A DNA stretch of 64,000 nt from contig CALGPK010000001.1 of NCBI GenBank assembly GCA_937960415.1, positions 4,952 to 68,951 of the forward strand. The letters are read 5' to 3'. A model generated the notes under the pieces. It did not search any database, was not told the DNA's origin, and saw only the letters and a list, made by a program, of their open reading frames with translations. A program made the translations under genes and the position numbers. Of the stretch, positions 9,801 to 18,570 are shown piece by piece (position 1 is the stretch's first letter; each line of letters opens with the position of its first letter). This DNA is from an uncultured Bacteroidales bacterium. GTDB lineage: Bacteria > Bacteroidota > Bacteroidia > Bacteroidales > GWA2-32-17.

Positions 9801-11244
9801 TAACAATACAAGTACTCAATACCAGCCAACATGGTTTTGGAACTTTGGTAATGGTTCTACTTCTACTTTGCATACTCCCTTTAATACTTATACCATACCC
9901 GGTCAATTCTGGATTGTCTTAGAAGCTACTACAACTAATGGTTGCAAAAGCCGCGATTCGGTTCTTATTTCCGTTGCCGGACCTTATACACAGTTTACCA
10001 TGAGCGAAAACATCATCTGCAAAGGCGATACCGTACACTTCAACGTAACCAATCCAAACAATATTAATTACTACAATTGGGACTTTGGCGATGGTAGCTT
10101 TTTTAATGGCAATCCTGCTCAACACCAATATAACTACGTTCCATCGAGTGGTTATTTTATACCTTCTCTTGTTTATTGCAGCGATGCCAATTGTTGTCAG
10201 TCCACCTCCGATACTTTATACGTTCATCAGGTAATGGCAAACTTTTCCTATACACAATCGAATGGCTCTACCGATAGTACTGCTTGCGCAATGGCCACAT
10301 TAGAATTTAACAATCAAAGCATAGGAGCTAACCATTATATCTGGAATTTTGGCAACGGAAGTACTTCTAATCTGGCAACACCCGGCAATCAAACATATCA
10401 AAATACAGGAAACACATCTCAAACCTTTTACATTTTATTAACGGTAACCAGCGATATTGGATGTACAGACAGCATTAAAAAACCCTTTATCGTTTATCCG
10501 TTACCTGTTATTCTAATAGGACAGGACGTTAGCATTTGTTACGGTAGTTCTGTTCAGCTTTCGGCTTCTGGTGGAAATGCTGTTTTATGGCAACCTGTTC
10601 ACGGGCTCGACAACCCTACTTCATATACTCCAAATGCTTCGCCCGATAGTACCACCACTTATACAGCAACCATTTACGATACCTACGGTTGTAGCAATAC
10701 GGCATCGGTTAATGTTTTTGTTCAACAATTACCTAATTTATCATATAGCCCCGACACTACCATCATTATCGGTGAATTTGTAAATCTATGGTCTCAAAGC
10801 GATCAACATGTTTCGTATCTGTGGTCGCCATCTACGGGACTCTCGTGTACCACATGTCCCAATCCCATAGCTCAACCACTCACTTCTACTACATATACTG
10901 TAGCAATATCCGATTCTATGGGATGTTTTCAGGTTATAGGGAATGTTTATATTGAAGTTAAAGAAGAATATACTATTGATGTTCCATTAGCATTTACACC
11001 TAACGGCGATGGCAATAACGATATTATTTATGTTAGAGGCTGGGGGCTTAAACAACTAATCGAATTTAAAATTTATAATCGTTGGGGACAATGTGTTTTC
11101 GAAACAGACGACTTGCAAAAAGGCTGGGACGGCACATTCCAGGGAAAAAAACAAGAAGCCGATACCTATGCTTACACCGTTAAAGCATTAACATACGGAG
11201 GTCGAGTACTAACCAAAAATGGCTTATTTAATTTGCTGCGTTAG
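6868..11244 (+). CDS. Giant secreted PKD-repeat protein with a T9SS type B (gliding-motility-associated, CHU_C-like) C-terminal sorting domain
   Basis: Signal peptide. About 14 repeats carrying W-x-F-G-(D/N)-G-x-x-S (YYWDFGNGNTS, YLWDFGNGTNS, YFWKFGDGTTS and others). C-terminus FTPNGDGNNDIIYVRGWGLKQLIEFKIYNRWGQCVFE...GWDGTFQGKKQEADTYAY. Confidence 0.85.
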   Translation: MLFKRIMPGKNIFIFLFVCLPVICLAQVHADFTANLTHGCSPLVVAFTNLSTGTGTLSYYWDFGNGNTSTLQNPTANYINPGTYTVKLVVSNGIHTDSIVKVNYIKVFKNPQANFTVGPPNYGCVPFSINFTSTTTLGDAPIASYLWDFGNGTNSNLPTPTANYTQSGTYAVSLLVTDTNGCKSSITIPNAVIASTKPTVAFNANFTSSCTAPFTVNFTNQSTGMGTLTYFWKFGDGTTSTAQNPSHTYTQNGSYTVTLVVTNQYGCKDSLVMPNYISISQINAGISISPNDSVCPNQIIQFTNTAGTTSLWSFGDGGSSTLPNPTYSYNTPGTYTVILIAAPGTPCQDTATITIVVRNPPNAQFTPSSFFSCGNPITFTPTIQNGLGYHWDFGDPNVQNDTSNLVSPSYTYQNEGTFYVSLILTDEYGCTGVYTNPNPIIVDFCEVEISASPTSGCKPLTVDFSANITCNPNTQVTNFLWNFGNGQFSTLNNPSYTYTDTGTYIASVVITTNLGCNRLDTIKIEVGQKHNPQVLINYTGGCANDTVQFISLSTDSNYIDTYSWTFMNDSSLVVGTSNEANPQITFEGNGIISLSYTISHNGCDTTLTLDSIFVLNGPYTGNIDTVMIGCHNPYHIGAVMPFIKQANRWYWDMNNDGIYEDSTILSSPVYSYNDTCWFTYPSNQQYTIRFVAYNDSTGCFWEEKRTIKIWDIKANLTVQSPTCHQNVLFNILGTQDFTSFQFNYGDGTLGTDLLHNYPQQSANYWGYLYVQNDLGCRDTDSVYIRIFYPNPNFSGSPLQFCIPYNFVLNDLSTADTTIVSWQWSITPYSLSSNQQNPTFSINMPGWYNVYLTISDAIGCQATKVINSYFFAQDLVPAFNALDSTLCLGDTVHFLSNVAGAQQYQWNFGDGSPIFNGNNPAHVYQDTGLYSVTLYVSNSHPGCIDSITYHNFISVQDILADFTVTTTDTNCYPFSVNIINNTSTQYQPTWFWNFGNGSTSTLHTPFNTYTIPGQFWIVLEATTTNGCKSRDSVLISVAGPYTQFTMSENIICKGDTVHFNVTNPNNINYYNWDFGDGSFFNGNPAQHQYNYVPSSGYFIPSLVYCSDANCCQSTSDTLYVHQVMANFSYTQSNGSTDSTACAMATLEFNNQSIGANHYIWNFGNGSTSNLATPGNQTYQNTGNTSQTFYILLTVTSDIGCTDSIKKPFIVYPLPVILIGQDVSICYGSSVQLSASGGNAVLWQPVHGLDNPTSYTPNASPDSTTTYTATIYDTYGCSNTASVNVFVQQLPNLSYSPDTTIIIGEFVNLWSQSDQHVSYLWSPSTGLSCTTCPNPIAQPLTSTTYTVAISDSMGCFQVIGNVYIEVKEEYTIDVPLAFTPNGDGNNDIIYVRGWGLKQLIEFKIYNRWGQCVFETDDLQKGWDGTFQGKKQEADTYAYTVKALTYGGRVLTKNGLFNLLR

Positions 11245-11361
11245 AATGTTTTACAATATATTATCAAACAAATTCAGTTAAGTTTAGTTAAAAGAAAAGC
11301 AAATGTTAGCCATTCAAAAAAATTGTAGTATTTTCGTGCAGCTTTTTTAAAATTTCACGTC

Positions 11362-14300
11362 ATGAGTTATAAAACTTTAAACAATTTAGGCGGATGGACT
11401 GTTTTTTTAATTGCAGCATTCACTTATCTATCTACGATTGAACCTACCGGCAGCTTTTGGGATTGTGGCGAATTTATTGCTACTTCCTATAAATACGAAG
11501 TAGGTCATCCTCCGGGAGCACCTTTTTTCATGATACTGGCACGCTTTTTTTCGTTATTTGCATCCGATGTAACTAAAGTTGCCATCATGATTAACTCATT
11601 ATCTGCTATTATGTCGGCACTCACCATTTTGTTTCTGTTCTGGACAATAACTTACTTCGCCAAACGTATGCTAGTTAAAGAAGGTCAAGAACTTACTAAA
11701 GGACACATAGTTGCCATTCTTGGCAGTGCCTTTATTGGTTCGCTGGCCTACACTTTTTCCGACACATTCTGGTTTTCGGCAGTCGAAGGCGAAGTATATG
11801 CATCGTCTTCTATGCTTACAGCTTTAGTCTTTTGGCTTATTACCAAATGGGATCAGCATCATGACAGCCCCTATGCAATGCGATACATTATACTTATCGC
11901 GTTATTGATAGGAATCTCTATCGGAATTCACTTATTGAACCTTTTGGCTATACCAGCTATTGTTTTCGTAATTTACTTCAGAAAAGCTAAAAAAATTAAC
12001 AAAAGAGGTGTTCTGCTTGCTTCACTGGTTTCTGTTATACTGTTAGCAGCCATCATGTACGGTATTATTCAAGGTGTATTTAAAATTGCCGGTTTTTTTG
12101 AATTAATGTTTGTTAATAATTTTGGACTACCCTACCATTCGGGGCTAATTTTTCATGTCATTTTATTAATTGTATTGCTCTCATACACTATTTACATTAC
12201 CGCAAAACAGGATGCCAACTACAAGTTACAAATTACTATGGTTACCCTCTCAACTTTCTTTGCTGGAGTTCCCCTTGTAATTTCATCTCCTGTTTTTGTA
12301 GCTATTTACATACCCGTGGTTTGGGCTGTTTTTTACTTCTTACCTTCCATTCGTCCGTATTTGAATACTATTGTAATTAGCATTGCTATGATATTAATTG
12401 GTTATTCATCGTTTGCCCTACTACTCATTCGTTCCAACGCTAATCCTCCACTCAACGAAAATATGCCCAATCATGTATTCTCGCTCATTTCGTATCTTAA
12501 TCGCGAACAATATGGCGACCGTCCACTATTTTATGGACAAACTTTTAACGCACCACTTAACAGAACCAATCCTTACAAAGACAAAGAACCTATCTATATT
12601 CAACACAATGGCAAATACGAAACAGCCGGAAAAAAACAAAAACAAAATTTTGCTAACGAATTTTGTATGTTATTCCCTCGTATGTATAGCTCCGAAGCAC
12701 ATCATGTTAGAGCATACAAATCGTGGAGCGATTTTAAAGGCATCCCCATCAACTGGGTAAATTACGATGGTAGTGTTGAAAAAATTTATAAACCAACTTT
12801 TTTGGAAAATCTTAAATTTTTCTTTTCCTATCAAATAGGATGGATGTACTTCCGTTATTTTATGTGGAATTTTGCAGGTCGCCAAAACGATATTCAAGGT
12901 CATGGCAACGTAATTCACGGAAACTGGATAAGCGGCATACCATTTATCGACAATATGCGTCTGGGTAATCAAAACTTATTGCCCGATTATCTGAAAAACA
13001 ATAAAGCACGCAATGTTTACTATATGCTTCCCTTAATACTTGGATTAATCGGAATGTATTTTCAATATCTTAAAGAAAGCAAAGGATTCATTTTGGTTCT
13101 GCTCCTTTTCTTTTTTACTGGATTAGCCATTGTAATTTATCTTAATCAAACACCTTATCAGCCTCGCGAACGCGATTATGCTTATGCCGGTTCGTTTTAT
13201 GCTTTTGCTATATGGATAGGGCTTGGCGTGGCATCACTCTGGCAATTGCTCAATAAAAAAATAAATCCAGTGCTTGGAGCAGGTATTCTAACTGTTGTTT
13301 GTTTTTTTGCTGTACCTTATATCATGGCAAAAGAAAACTGGGACGATCACGACCGTTCAAATCGCTTTACACCACGTGATTTTGCTAAAAACTATCTCGA
13401 AAGCTGCGATAAAAACGCCATTTTATTCACCAATGGCGATAACGACACATTTCCACTCTGGTATGCTCAAGAAGTGGAAGGCATACGTACCGATGTTAGA
13501 GTAGTAAATCTTTCGCTACTCAACACCGACTGGTACATCGAACAAATCAAATATCGGGCATACGAATCCGACCCTGTTCCTATTTCATTCTCCTACCTCC
13601 AAATAGCTGGTGAACGTAGAGTTTACTCGCCCATCATCGAACAAATCAAAGAACCTGTTGATATAGGAAAAGTCATCGAGTTTGTAAAAAGCGAATCGCC
13701 CGACGCAAAAGTACCCATCAGTCGTACCGAAAGCATCAATTATATCCCCGCACGTAACTTCATTTACCCGGTAGATAGTGCCGAGGTAATTAATAATGGC
13801 ACTATACGACCTTCACAAGCACATTTAATGGAAAAAGCAATCCAATGGAGAGTAAACAAAAACTATATCTTCAAATCAGAACTGGCTATCCTCGACATTC
13901 TTAACCAAACAAAATGGAAACGACCTGTTTATTTTGCAATTACTGTAGGCGATGCTTATCTGAATCTTGAAGAATATTTCCGTTTGGACGGACTGGCTTA
14001 TCGCTTAACCCCCATAAAATCGTCGAAAATGCCCAGCGATATGCAAACAGGATGGATTGACACCGAAATACTTTACGACCGTTTAATGAACAAATTCGTA
14101 TGGGGCAATATCGACAAAGAAGGAGTTTACTTAGACGAAAACAACCTGCGAATGACTATGAACTTCCGCAACCTATTTGCACGGCTTGCCAATGCTTTAC
14201 TTCAGGAAGGCAAACGCGATAGTGCTATTAAGGTACTCGATCGCTGTATGGAAATTATGCCGCAGAAAACTGTACCTTACAATGTATTTATCCTTGGCAT

Positions 14301-14655
14301 TATAGAAGGCTATTTTAAAGCAGGAGAAATACAAAAAGGATTTGAAATTTTCCAGGATTTTCGCAAAATGACCGAACAAGAAATCAATTTCTTCCTATCG
14401 CTCGAAAGCAAAAAGGCTCAAACCATATCCTACGAAGCTCGACGGGCTATAACCGTTTACAACGAATTAGGCAGAATTGCACGCATGTATTTAAACAATA
14501 ACGCTATGCCAAACATGAAAGAAACCAACCAAAAACAAGTACCTGGCTACAGTTCAATTGCAAACGAACTCGATAGTCAAATGAAAATCTACTACGAAAA
14601 ATATCTTAGTCTGTTTCCGCAACAAATGCAAAATGAATCGGGTATGGAAGAATAA
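11362..14655 (+). CDS. DUF2723-family polytopic membrane protein (glycosyltransferase-like, PMT_2-related)
   Basis: N-terminal FWDCGEFIATSYKYEVGHPPGAPFF signature, many transmembrane segments, and a large soluble C-terminal region. Confidence 0.8.
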   Translation: MSYKTLNNLGGWTVFLIAAFTYLSTIEPTGSFWDCGEFIATSYKYEVGHPPGAPFFMILARFFSLFASDVTKVAIMINSLSAIMSALTILFLFWTITYFAKRMLVKEGQELTKGHIVAILGSAFIGSLAYTFSDTFWFSAVEGEVYASSSMLTALVFWLITKWDQHHDSPYAMRYIILIALLIGISIGIHLLNLLAIPAIVFVIYFRKAKKINKRGVLLASLVSVILLAAIMYGIIQGVFKIAGFFELMFVNNFGLPYHSGLIFHVILLIVLLSYTIYITAKQDANYKLQITMVTLSTFFAGVPLVISSPVFVAIYIPVVWAVFYFLPSIRPYLNTIVISIAMILIGYSSFALLLIRSNANPPLNENMPNHVFSLISYLNREQYGDRPLFYGQTFNAPLNRTNPYKDKEPIYIQHNGKYETAGKKQKQNFANEFCMLFPRMYSSEAHHVRAYKSWSDFKGIPINWVNYDGSVEKIYKPTFLENLKFFFSYQIGWMYFRYFMWNFAGRQNDIQGHGNVIHGNWISGIPFIDNMRLGNQNLLPDYLKNNKARNVYYMLPLILGLIGMYFQYLKESKGFILVLLLFFFTGLAIVIYLNQTPYQPRERDYAYAGSFYAFAIWIGLGVASLWQLLNKKINPVLGAGILTVVCFFAVPYIMAKENWDDHDRSNRFTPRDFAKNYLESCDKNAILFTNGDNDTFPLWYAQEVEGIRTDVRVVNLSLLNTDWYIEQIKYRAYESDPVPISFSYLQIAGERRVYSPIIEQIKEPVDIGKVIEFVKSESPDAKVPISRTESINYIPARNFIYPVDSAEVINNGTIRPSQAHLMEKAIQWRVNKNYIFKSELAILDILNQTKWKRPVYFAITVGDAYLNLEEYFRLDGLAYRLTPIKSSKMPSDMQTGWIDTEILYDRLMNKFVWGNIDKEGVYLDENNLRMTMNFRNLFARLANALLQEGKRDSAIKVLDRCMEIMPQKTVPYNVFILGIIEGYFKAGEIQKGFEIFQDFRKMTEQEINFFLSLESKKAQTISYEARRAITVYNELGRIARMYLNNNAMPNMKETNQKQVPGYSSIANELDSQMKIYYEKYLSLFPQQMQNESGMEE

Positions 14656-15187
14656 AATTATTTACTTAACGTTCGACGACGGACCAACACCCGGGATTAC
14701 ACCCTGGGTGTTGTCGCTTTTAAAAAGATACCATTGCAAAGCTACGTTTTTTTGCTTAGGCAAACAAGCTGAAAGATATCCAAAAATAATAGCCCAAATA
14801 CAAAACGACGGACATACCTTAGGAATACATGGTTATGAACACTTAAACGGTTGGAAAACATCAAAAAAAATATACATAGAAAATGTGCATCGTGCTGCTC
14901 AAGTCGTATCTTCTAACTTATTCAGACCACCTTATGGCAAAATAACATTAACTCAATGGTGGCAACTTCGAAAACACTATCGCATCGTGTGGTGGAGCTA
15001 CTTATCAAAAGACTACTTAATCGAAGCTTGTAACGAAAAATTTTACTATCAATTACTCAAACATTCCTGTCATAAAAGCATTATTGTATTTCACGATACA
15101 CCAAAAGCTGCACCTTTCTTGACAAAATATCTAGAAACTTATTTACAATGGCTTACTGAAAATAAATTTGTTTGCTTAACTATTTAA
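14633..15187 (+). CDS. Polysaccharide deacetylase (NodB-homology) family protein
   Basis: LTFDDGP...TFFCLG...GHTLGIHGYEH motifs. Its 5' end overlaps the upstream gene by 23 nt. Confidence 0.8.
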   Translation: MNRVWKNKIIYLTFDDGPTPGITPWVLSLLKRYHCKATFFCLGKQAERYPKIIAQIQNDGHTLGIHGYEHLNGWKTSKKIYIENVHRAAQVVSSNLFRPPYGKITLTQWWQLRKHYRIVWWSYLSKDYLIEACNEKFYYQLLKHSCHKSIIVFHDTPKAAPFLTKYLETYLQWLTENKFVCLTI

Positions 15188-16078
15188 AATAGTATTTTTC
15201 TGATATTGCGATAAATACAAGCCTGTTATTACTGTAGCTATACCAATAATTTTTACATATGTAATTTCTTCACCTAAAATAAAATAAGATGCAATAGCTG
15301 TAATAATCGGTATAAGATTAACAAAAACACTGGTTTTACTAACTCCTATCTCCTTAACTGAATATGTATAAAACAAATATGATAACGATGATGGAAAAAT
15401 ACCCAGCAAAATTAACACAACCCATAAATCGCTTTGTATAAAGGCAAACGAAAATCGAGGTAGTTCGAACCATAAAAAGAAAGGGATAAACATGGGAATT
15501 CCAATCAAATTTTGATAAGTTATAATAGACAACGCCGTATAATCTCTGGCAATGTATCGTATAAGGAGTGTATAAGCAATTGCCGAAACTACTGCTACCA
15601 TTACCAATGCAACCCCTAACCATGATGCTGTAAATTCCATGTTTTTGTTCAACATAGTTAAAAAAACACCTAATACAGAAATAATTGTACCAGCAAAATT
15701 TTTCCAATAAATCTTTTCTCTAAAACACACATAAGCCCCAAAAGGAACAAACAAAGGAATAGTAGAAATAATAATGGAACCAATCGTCGGGCTCACCAAT
15801 TGAAGACCATAAGTTTCACCCATGAAATACAAAAATGGTTCAAAAAAACCCAACACGATAAACCATTTCCAATGCTTGGGTTGAATTTTATCTAACAAAC
15901 CCAGCCATTGGCCTACTATCAATAAAAACGTGACAGAAATAAGCAAACGAATGAGTACCAGCGATATAGGATTAAGGCTACTTAAAGCATATTTTGTCCC
16001 TACAAAAGAAAGTCCCCAAAAAAACATAGCCAACAATAAGCCAGCATATACTTTAAACAAAACTGACATATTTTTCAT
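15176..16078 (-). CDS. DMT-superfamily (EamA-like) transporter
   Basis: About 10 predicted transmembrane helices in two EamA-like halves. Its 3' end overlaps the convergent deacetylase gene by 12 nt. Confidence 0.8.
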   Translation of the reverse strand: MKNMSVLFKVYAGLLLAMFFWGLSFVGTKYALSSLNPISLVLIRLLISVTFLLIVGQWLGLLDKIQPKHWKWFIVLGFFEPFLYFMGETYGLQLVSPTIGSIIISTIPLFVPFGAYVCFREKIYWKNFAGTIISVLGVFLTMLNKNMEFTASWLGVALVMVAVVSAIAYTLLIRYIARDYTALSIITYQNLIGIPMFIPFFLWFELPRFSFAFIQSDLWVVLILLGIFPSSLSYLFYTYSVKEIGVSKTSVFVNLIPIITAIASYFILGEEITYVKIIGIATVITGLYLSQYQKNTILNS

Positions 16079-16170
16079 GTTGCGAAGGTAGTTATTTTTA
16101 GAACACCTATTCGATTTATATCAAATAAAATGATTACCTTCGTGCCAAATTAATCATCAATTATTTTAAT

Positions 16171-16848
16171 ATGAGAAAAACTAATTTAACATTCATTGCA
16201 GTATTATTAAGTTTTGTTGCATTTGTTTCGTGTAAAAATGAAACCAAGAATTTAGTAACTCAGCGTGACTCATTAAGCTACGCCATTGGTGTAAATATAG
16301 CCTCGTCGCTTAAACAAGATCAGCTCGACACGTTGGTTAATTCCGATTTACTCATCAATGGTTTTAACGACGTTATGGCCAACACCAATCCCTTAATGAC
16401 CAGCGAACAAGCAATCAAAACCATACAAAATTATTTTATGGCTTTGCAAAAAAAAGAAATGGAAAAATCTAAAAAAGAATCTGAAAAGTTTCTTTCCGAA
16501 AATGCTCAAAAAGAGGGCGTAAAAGTATTACCCAGTGGATTACAATATAAAATTATTAAAGAAGGCAACGGTCCTAAGCCCAAAGTCGATCAAAAAGTAA
16601 AAGTTAAATATACCGGTAAACTCATCGATGGAACTGTATTCGATGCTTCTAAAGAAGCAACTAGTTTCACTTTAAAAGACGAAGTAATATTAGGATGGCA
16701 GGAAGGATTACAACTCATGCCAGTTGGATCTATATTCGAATTTTATATTCCATATCAACTTGCATACGGCGAAAAAGGATATCCCGGCGTTATCCCTCCA
16801 TACGCAACCCTTATTTTCGAGATTGAATTATTAGATATAGAAAAATAA
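16171..16848 (+). CDS. FKBP-type peptidyl-prolyl isomerase (Mip/FklB-like) lipoprotein
   Basis: Lipobox AFVSC. C-terminal FKBP core LPSGLQYKIIKEGNGPKP...VKVKYTGKLIDGTVFDAS...GWQEGLQLMPVGS...IPPYATLIFEIELLDI. Confidence 0.85.
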   Translation: MRKTNLTFIAVLLSFVAFVSCKNETKNLVTQRDSLSYAIGVNIASSLKQDQLDTLVNSDLLINGFNDVMANTNPLMTSEQAIKTIQNYFMALQKKEMEKSKKESEKFLSENAQKEGVKVLPSGLQYKIIKEGNGPKPKVDQKVKVKYTGKLIDGTVFDASKEATSFTLKDEVILGWQEGLQLMPVGSIFEFYIPYQLAYGEKGYPGVIPPYATLIFEIELLDIEK

Positions 16849-17090
16849 CTTAATTGCACATTATCATAAATTTTCTAACTCAAAATATTCACTGGGAACT
16901 CTCATATAGAATACATCCATCGATTACTTGGGTTTATCCCGATTAAGAAAAATCACTTTAACGGCTTGCTGGAGTTACATAAGAAAAGTTGATTTATCTT
17001 TATAGCATTGCATGGGAATTTTTTTCTAACGCAATCCGGTTAAACCTTTATCAAAAAATTATAATCCTTGTTGAATAATTATTTTTCATA

Positions 17091-17098
17091 TATTTTTG
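17091..17098 (+). promoter_or_regulatory. Candidate -7 box (TATTTTTG) upstream of trxA
   Basis: TAnnTTTG match 24 nt upstream of the ATG at 17123. Confidence 0.35.
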
Positions 17099-17122
17099 TC
17101 GTGAATAATAAACTTATCCAAT

Positions 17123-17434
17123 ATGGTCAACGAATTTACAAATTCAAATTTTGAAAGTTTTACCAGTACTAACCATCTTGTTGTTATTGATTTCTGGGCC
17201 GAATGGTGCGGACCATGTCGTCTTATTGCCCCCATCATACACGAACTTGCCGAAGAGTATACCGATGTTGTTTTTGGCAAAGTAAACGTCGATCTTGAAA
17301 ACGAACTAGCTATTAAATTTGGTATTCGAAATATACCAACCGTTATTTTCATGAAAAACGGAAAGGTGCTGGATAAAATTATTGGAGCTGTTCCGAAAAC
17401 CAAATTTGTAGAAAAAATCCATTCATTAAAATAA
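17123..17434 (+). CDS. trxA: Thioredoxin
   Basis: Active site WAEWCGPC. Size (103 aa) and fold-typical flanks. Confidence 0.9.
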   Translation: MVNEFTNSNFESFTSTNHLVVIDFWAEWCGPCRLIAPIIHELAEEYTDVVFGKVNVDLENELAIKFGIRNIPTVIFMKNGKVLDKIIGAVPKTKFVEKIHSLK

Positions 17435-17446
17435 AAACGTGGAGCA

Positions 17447-17758
17447 ATGTCTGTATTGATGGAATTTGCCATGTTCCCTACCGACAAAGGCGAAAGTGTA
17501 TCTGCTTATGTCAGTCGGATTATTCAAATGATTAGAGATAGCGGTTATCCCTACCAATTAACTGCTATGGGAACTATTATCGAAACCGACAACATCGAAA
17601 AAGCCTTGGAAGTCGTACAAAAAGCATATCACATACTTGAGCCTCATAGTAATCGTGTGTACTCTACCATTAAATTTGATATACGAAAAAATGCTACTAA
17701 TCGACTTGAAGGCAAAATTCAATCCATACAAAACAAAATTGGCAACGTAAATCATTGA
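17447..17758 (+). CDS. MTH1187/YkoF-like (DUF77) thiamine-binding family protein
   Basis: About 100 aa with family-typical SVSAYVSRIIQMIRDSGYPYQLTAMGTIIE. Confidence 0.7.
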   Translation: MSVLMEFAMFPTDKGESVSAYVSRIIQMIRDSGYPYQLTAMGTIIETDNIEKALEVVQKAYHILEPHSNRVYSTIKFDIRKNATNRLEGKIQSIQNKIGNVNH

Positions 17759-18537
17759 AAAAATCTGCATTACATTGGGTTGTTTTCTTTATTTTAAGTG
17801 CTAATGTTTATTCAAAAGCTCAATGTTATCTGTTAAACTCTGTTTTTAAGTCGGGCGAACGCATCGAATACAATATAAAGTACAATCTAGGTTTTATCTG
17901 GCTCGAAGCGGGTTATGTAATTTTTTCGGTCGATAGTTTTATACATAATGGTGAGCCAGCATATAAATTTACAAGCATTGGTTCATCGTACGAAAAATAC
18001 GACTGGATATATAAGGTAAGAGAGTCGTATCAATCGCTGGCATACAGTTCCCCTTTAAAACCCATATCATACAAAAGAAATTCCATCGAAGGCAATTATT
18101 TTGCCATTGAAGAATACTGGTTCGACTATACCAACAAAAAAACTTTTTCGAAAGTACATAACTCTAAAAAGAAACTCACATACGATACGCTGAACTTTCC
18201 CGATTGCGGATACGATTTACTTACTGCTATCTATGCCTTTCGAAATATTGACTTTGAAAAAATCAAACCAAATGAAAAAATTTATCTCAACGTCGTCATC
18301 GACAATAATTGGGAAAAGCAATATATACGCATGATTGGAAAAGAAAATCTTAAGCTCGAAAATAAAGTTATCCCAACCTATCATTTAAAAGCCAGCATGA
18401 TTGAAGGCACTATTTTTAAAGGTGGCGAAAACACCGATATATGGATTTCACAAACCCCGGAGCACATTCCTGTATACATCGAAGCAGAAATTTTAGTCGG
18501 AACGGTAAAGGTATTTTTAACTAAATATAAACATTAA
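17755..18537 (+). CDS. DUF3108-like secreted protein
   Basis: Signal peptide. GERIEYNIKYNLGFIWLEAGYVIFSV resembles the DUF3108 N-terminal signature. Apparent TTG start overlaps the upstream stop. Confidence 0.5.
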   Translation: MKKSALHWVVFFILSANVYSKAQCYLLNSVFKSGERIEYNIKYNLGFIWLEAGYVIFSVDSFIHNGEPAYKFTSIGSSYEKYDWIYKVRESYQSLAYSSPLKPISYKRNSIEGNYFAIEEYWFDYTNKKTFSKVHNSKKKLTYDTLNFPDCGYDLLTAIYAFRNIDFEKIKPNEKIYLNVVIDNNWEKQYIRMIGKENLKLENKVIPTYHLKASMIEGTIFKGGENTDIWISQTPEHIPVYIEAEILVGTVKVFLTKYKH

Positions 18538-18570
18538 CTAGTTGACACTATGAAACCATATTCGTAAAAA

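Noticed and set aside
6868-11244. Strong roughly 250-270-nt periodicity that could be mistaken for a repeat array or CRISPR-like structure.
   Set aside because: The periodicity is at the protein level (PKD domains) within one continuous ORF. There are no short identical direct repeats with unique spacers.
12398-13504. Internal and antisense ORFs inside the DUF2723 gene (12398..12760, 12670..12972, 13295..13504). Similar ORFs occur inside der, dnaB, leuS and the SPOR gene.
   Set aside because: They are embedded in long, motif-supported genes and have no independent support. Those inside the SPOR gene (60950-63176, plus strand) arise from AAR/GAR-rich coiled-coil codons read in antisense.
16849-17122. 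A 274-nt ORF-free spacer upstream of trxA and the thiamine-binding-family gene, examined for a TPP riboswitch or another structured RNA.
   Set aside because: I could not find the TPP core elements (CUGAGA … ACCUGAUCUGGAUAAUGCCAGCG-like) on either strand, nor a convincing conserved-looking fold. Only weak hairpins are present (GGG-TTTAT-CCC, ATTGC…GCAAT). An Infernal/Rfam scan would be needed to exclude a small RNA.
17086-17487. 133-aa ORF antisense to trxA.
   Set aside because: It fully overlaps the unmistakable thioredoxin gene (WCGPC), and the antisense product has no features.
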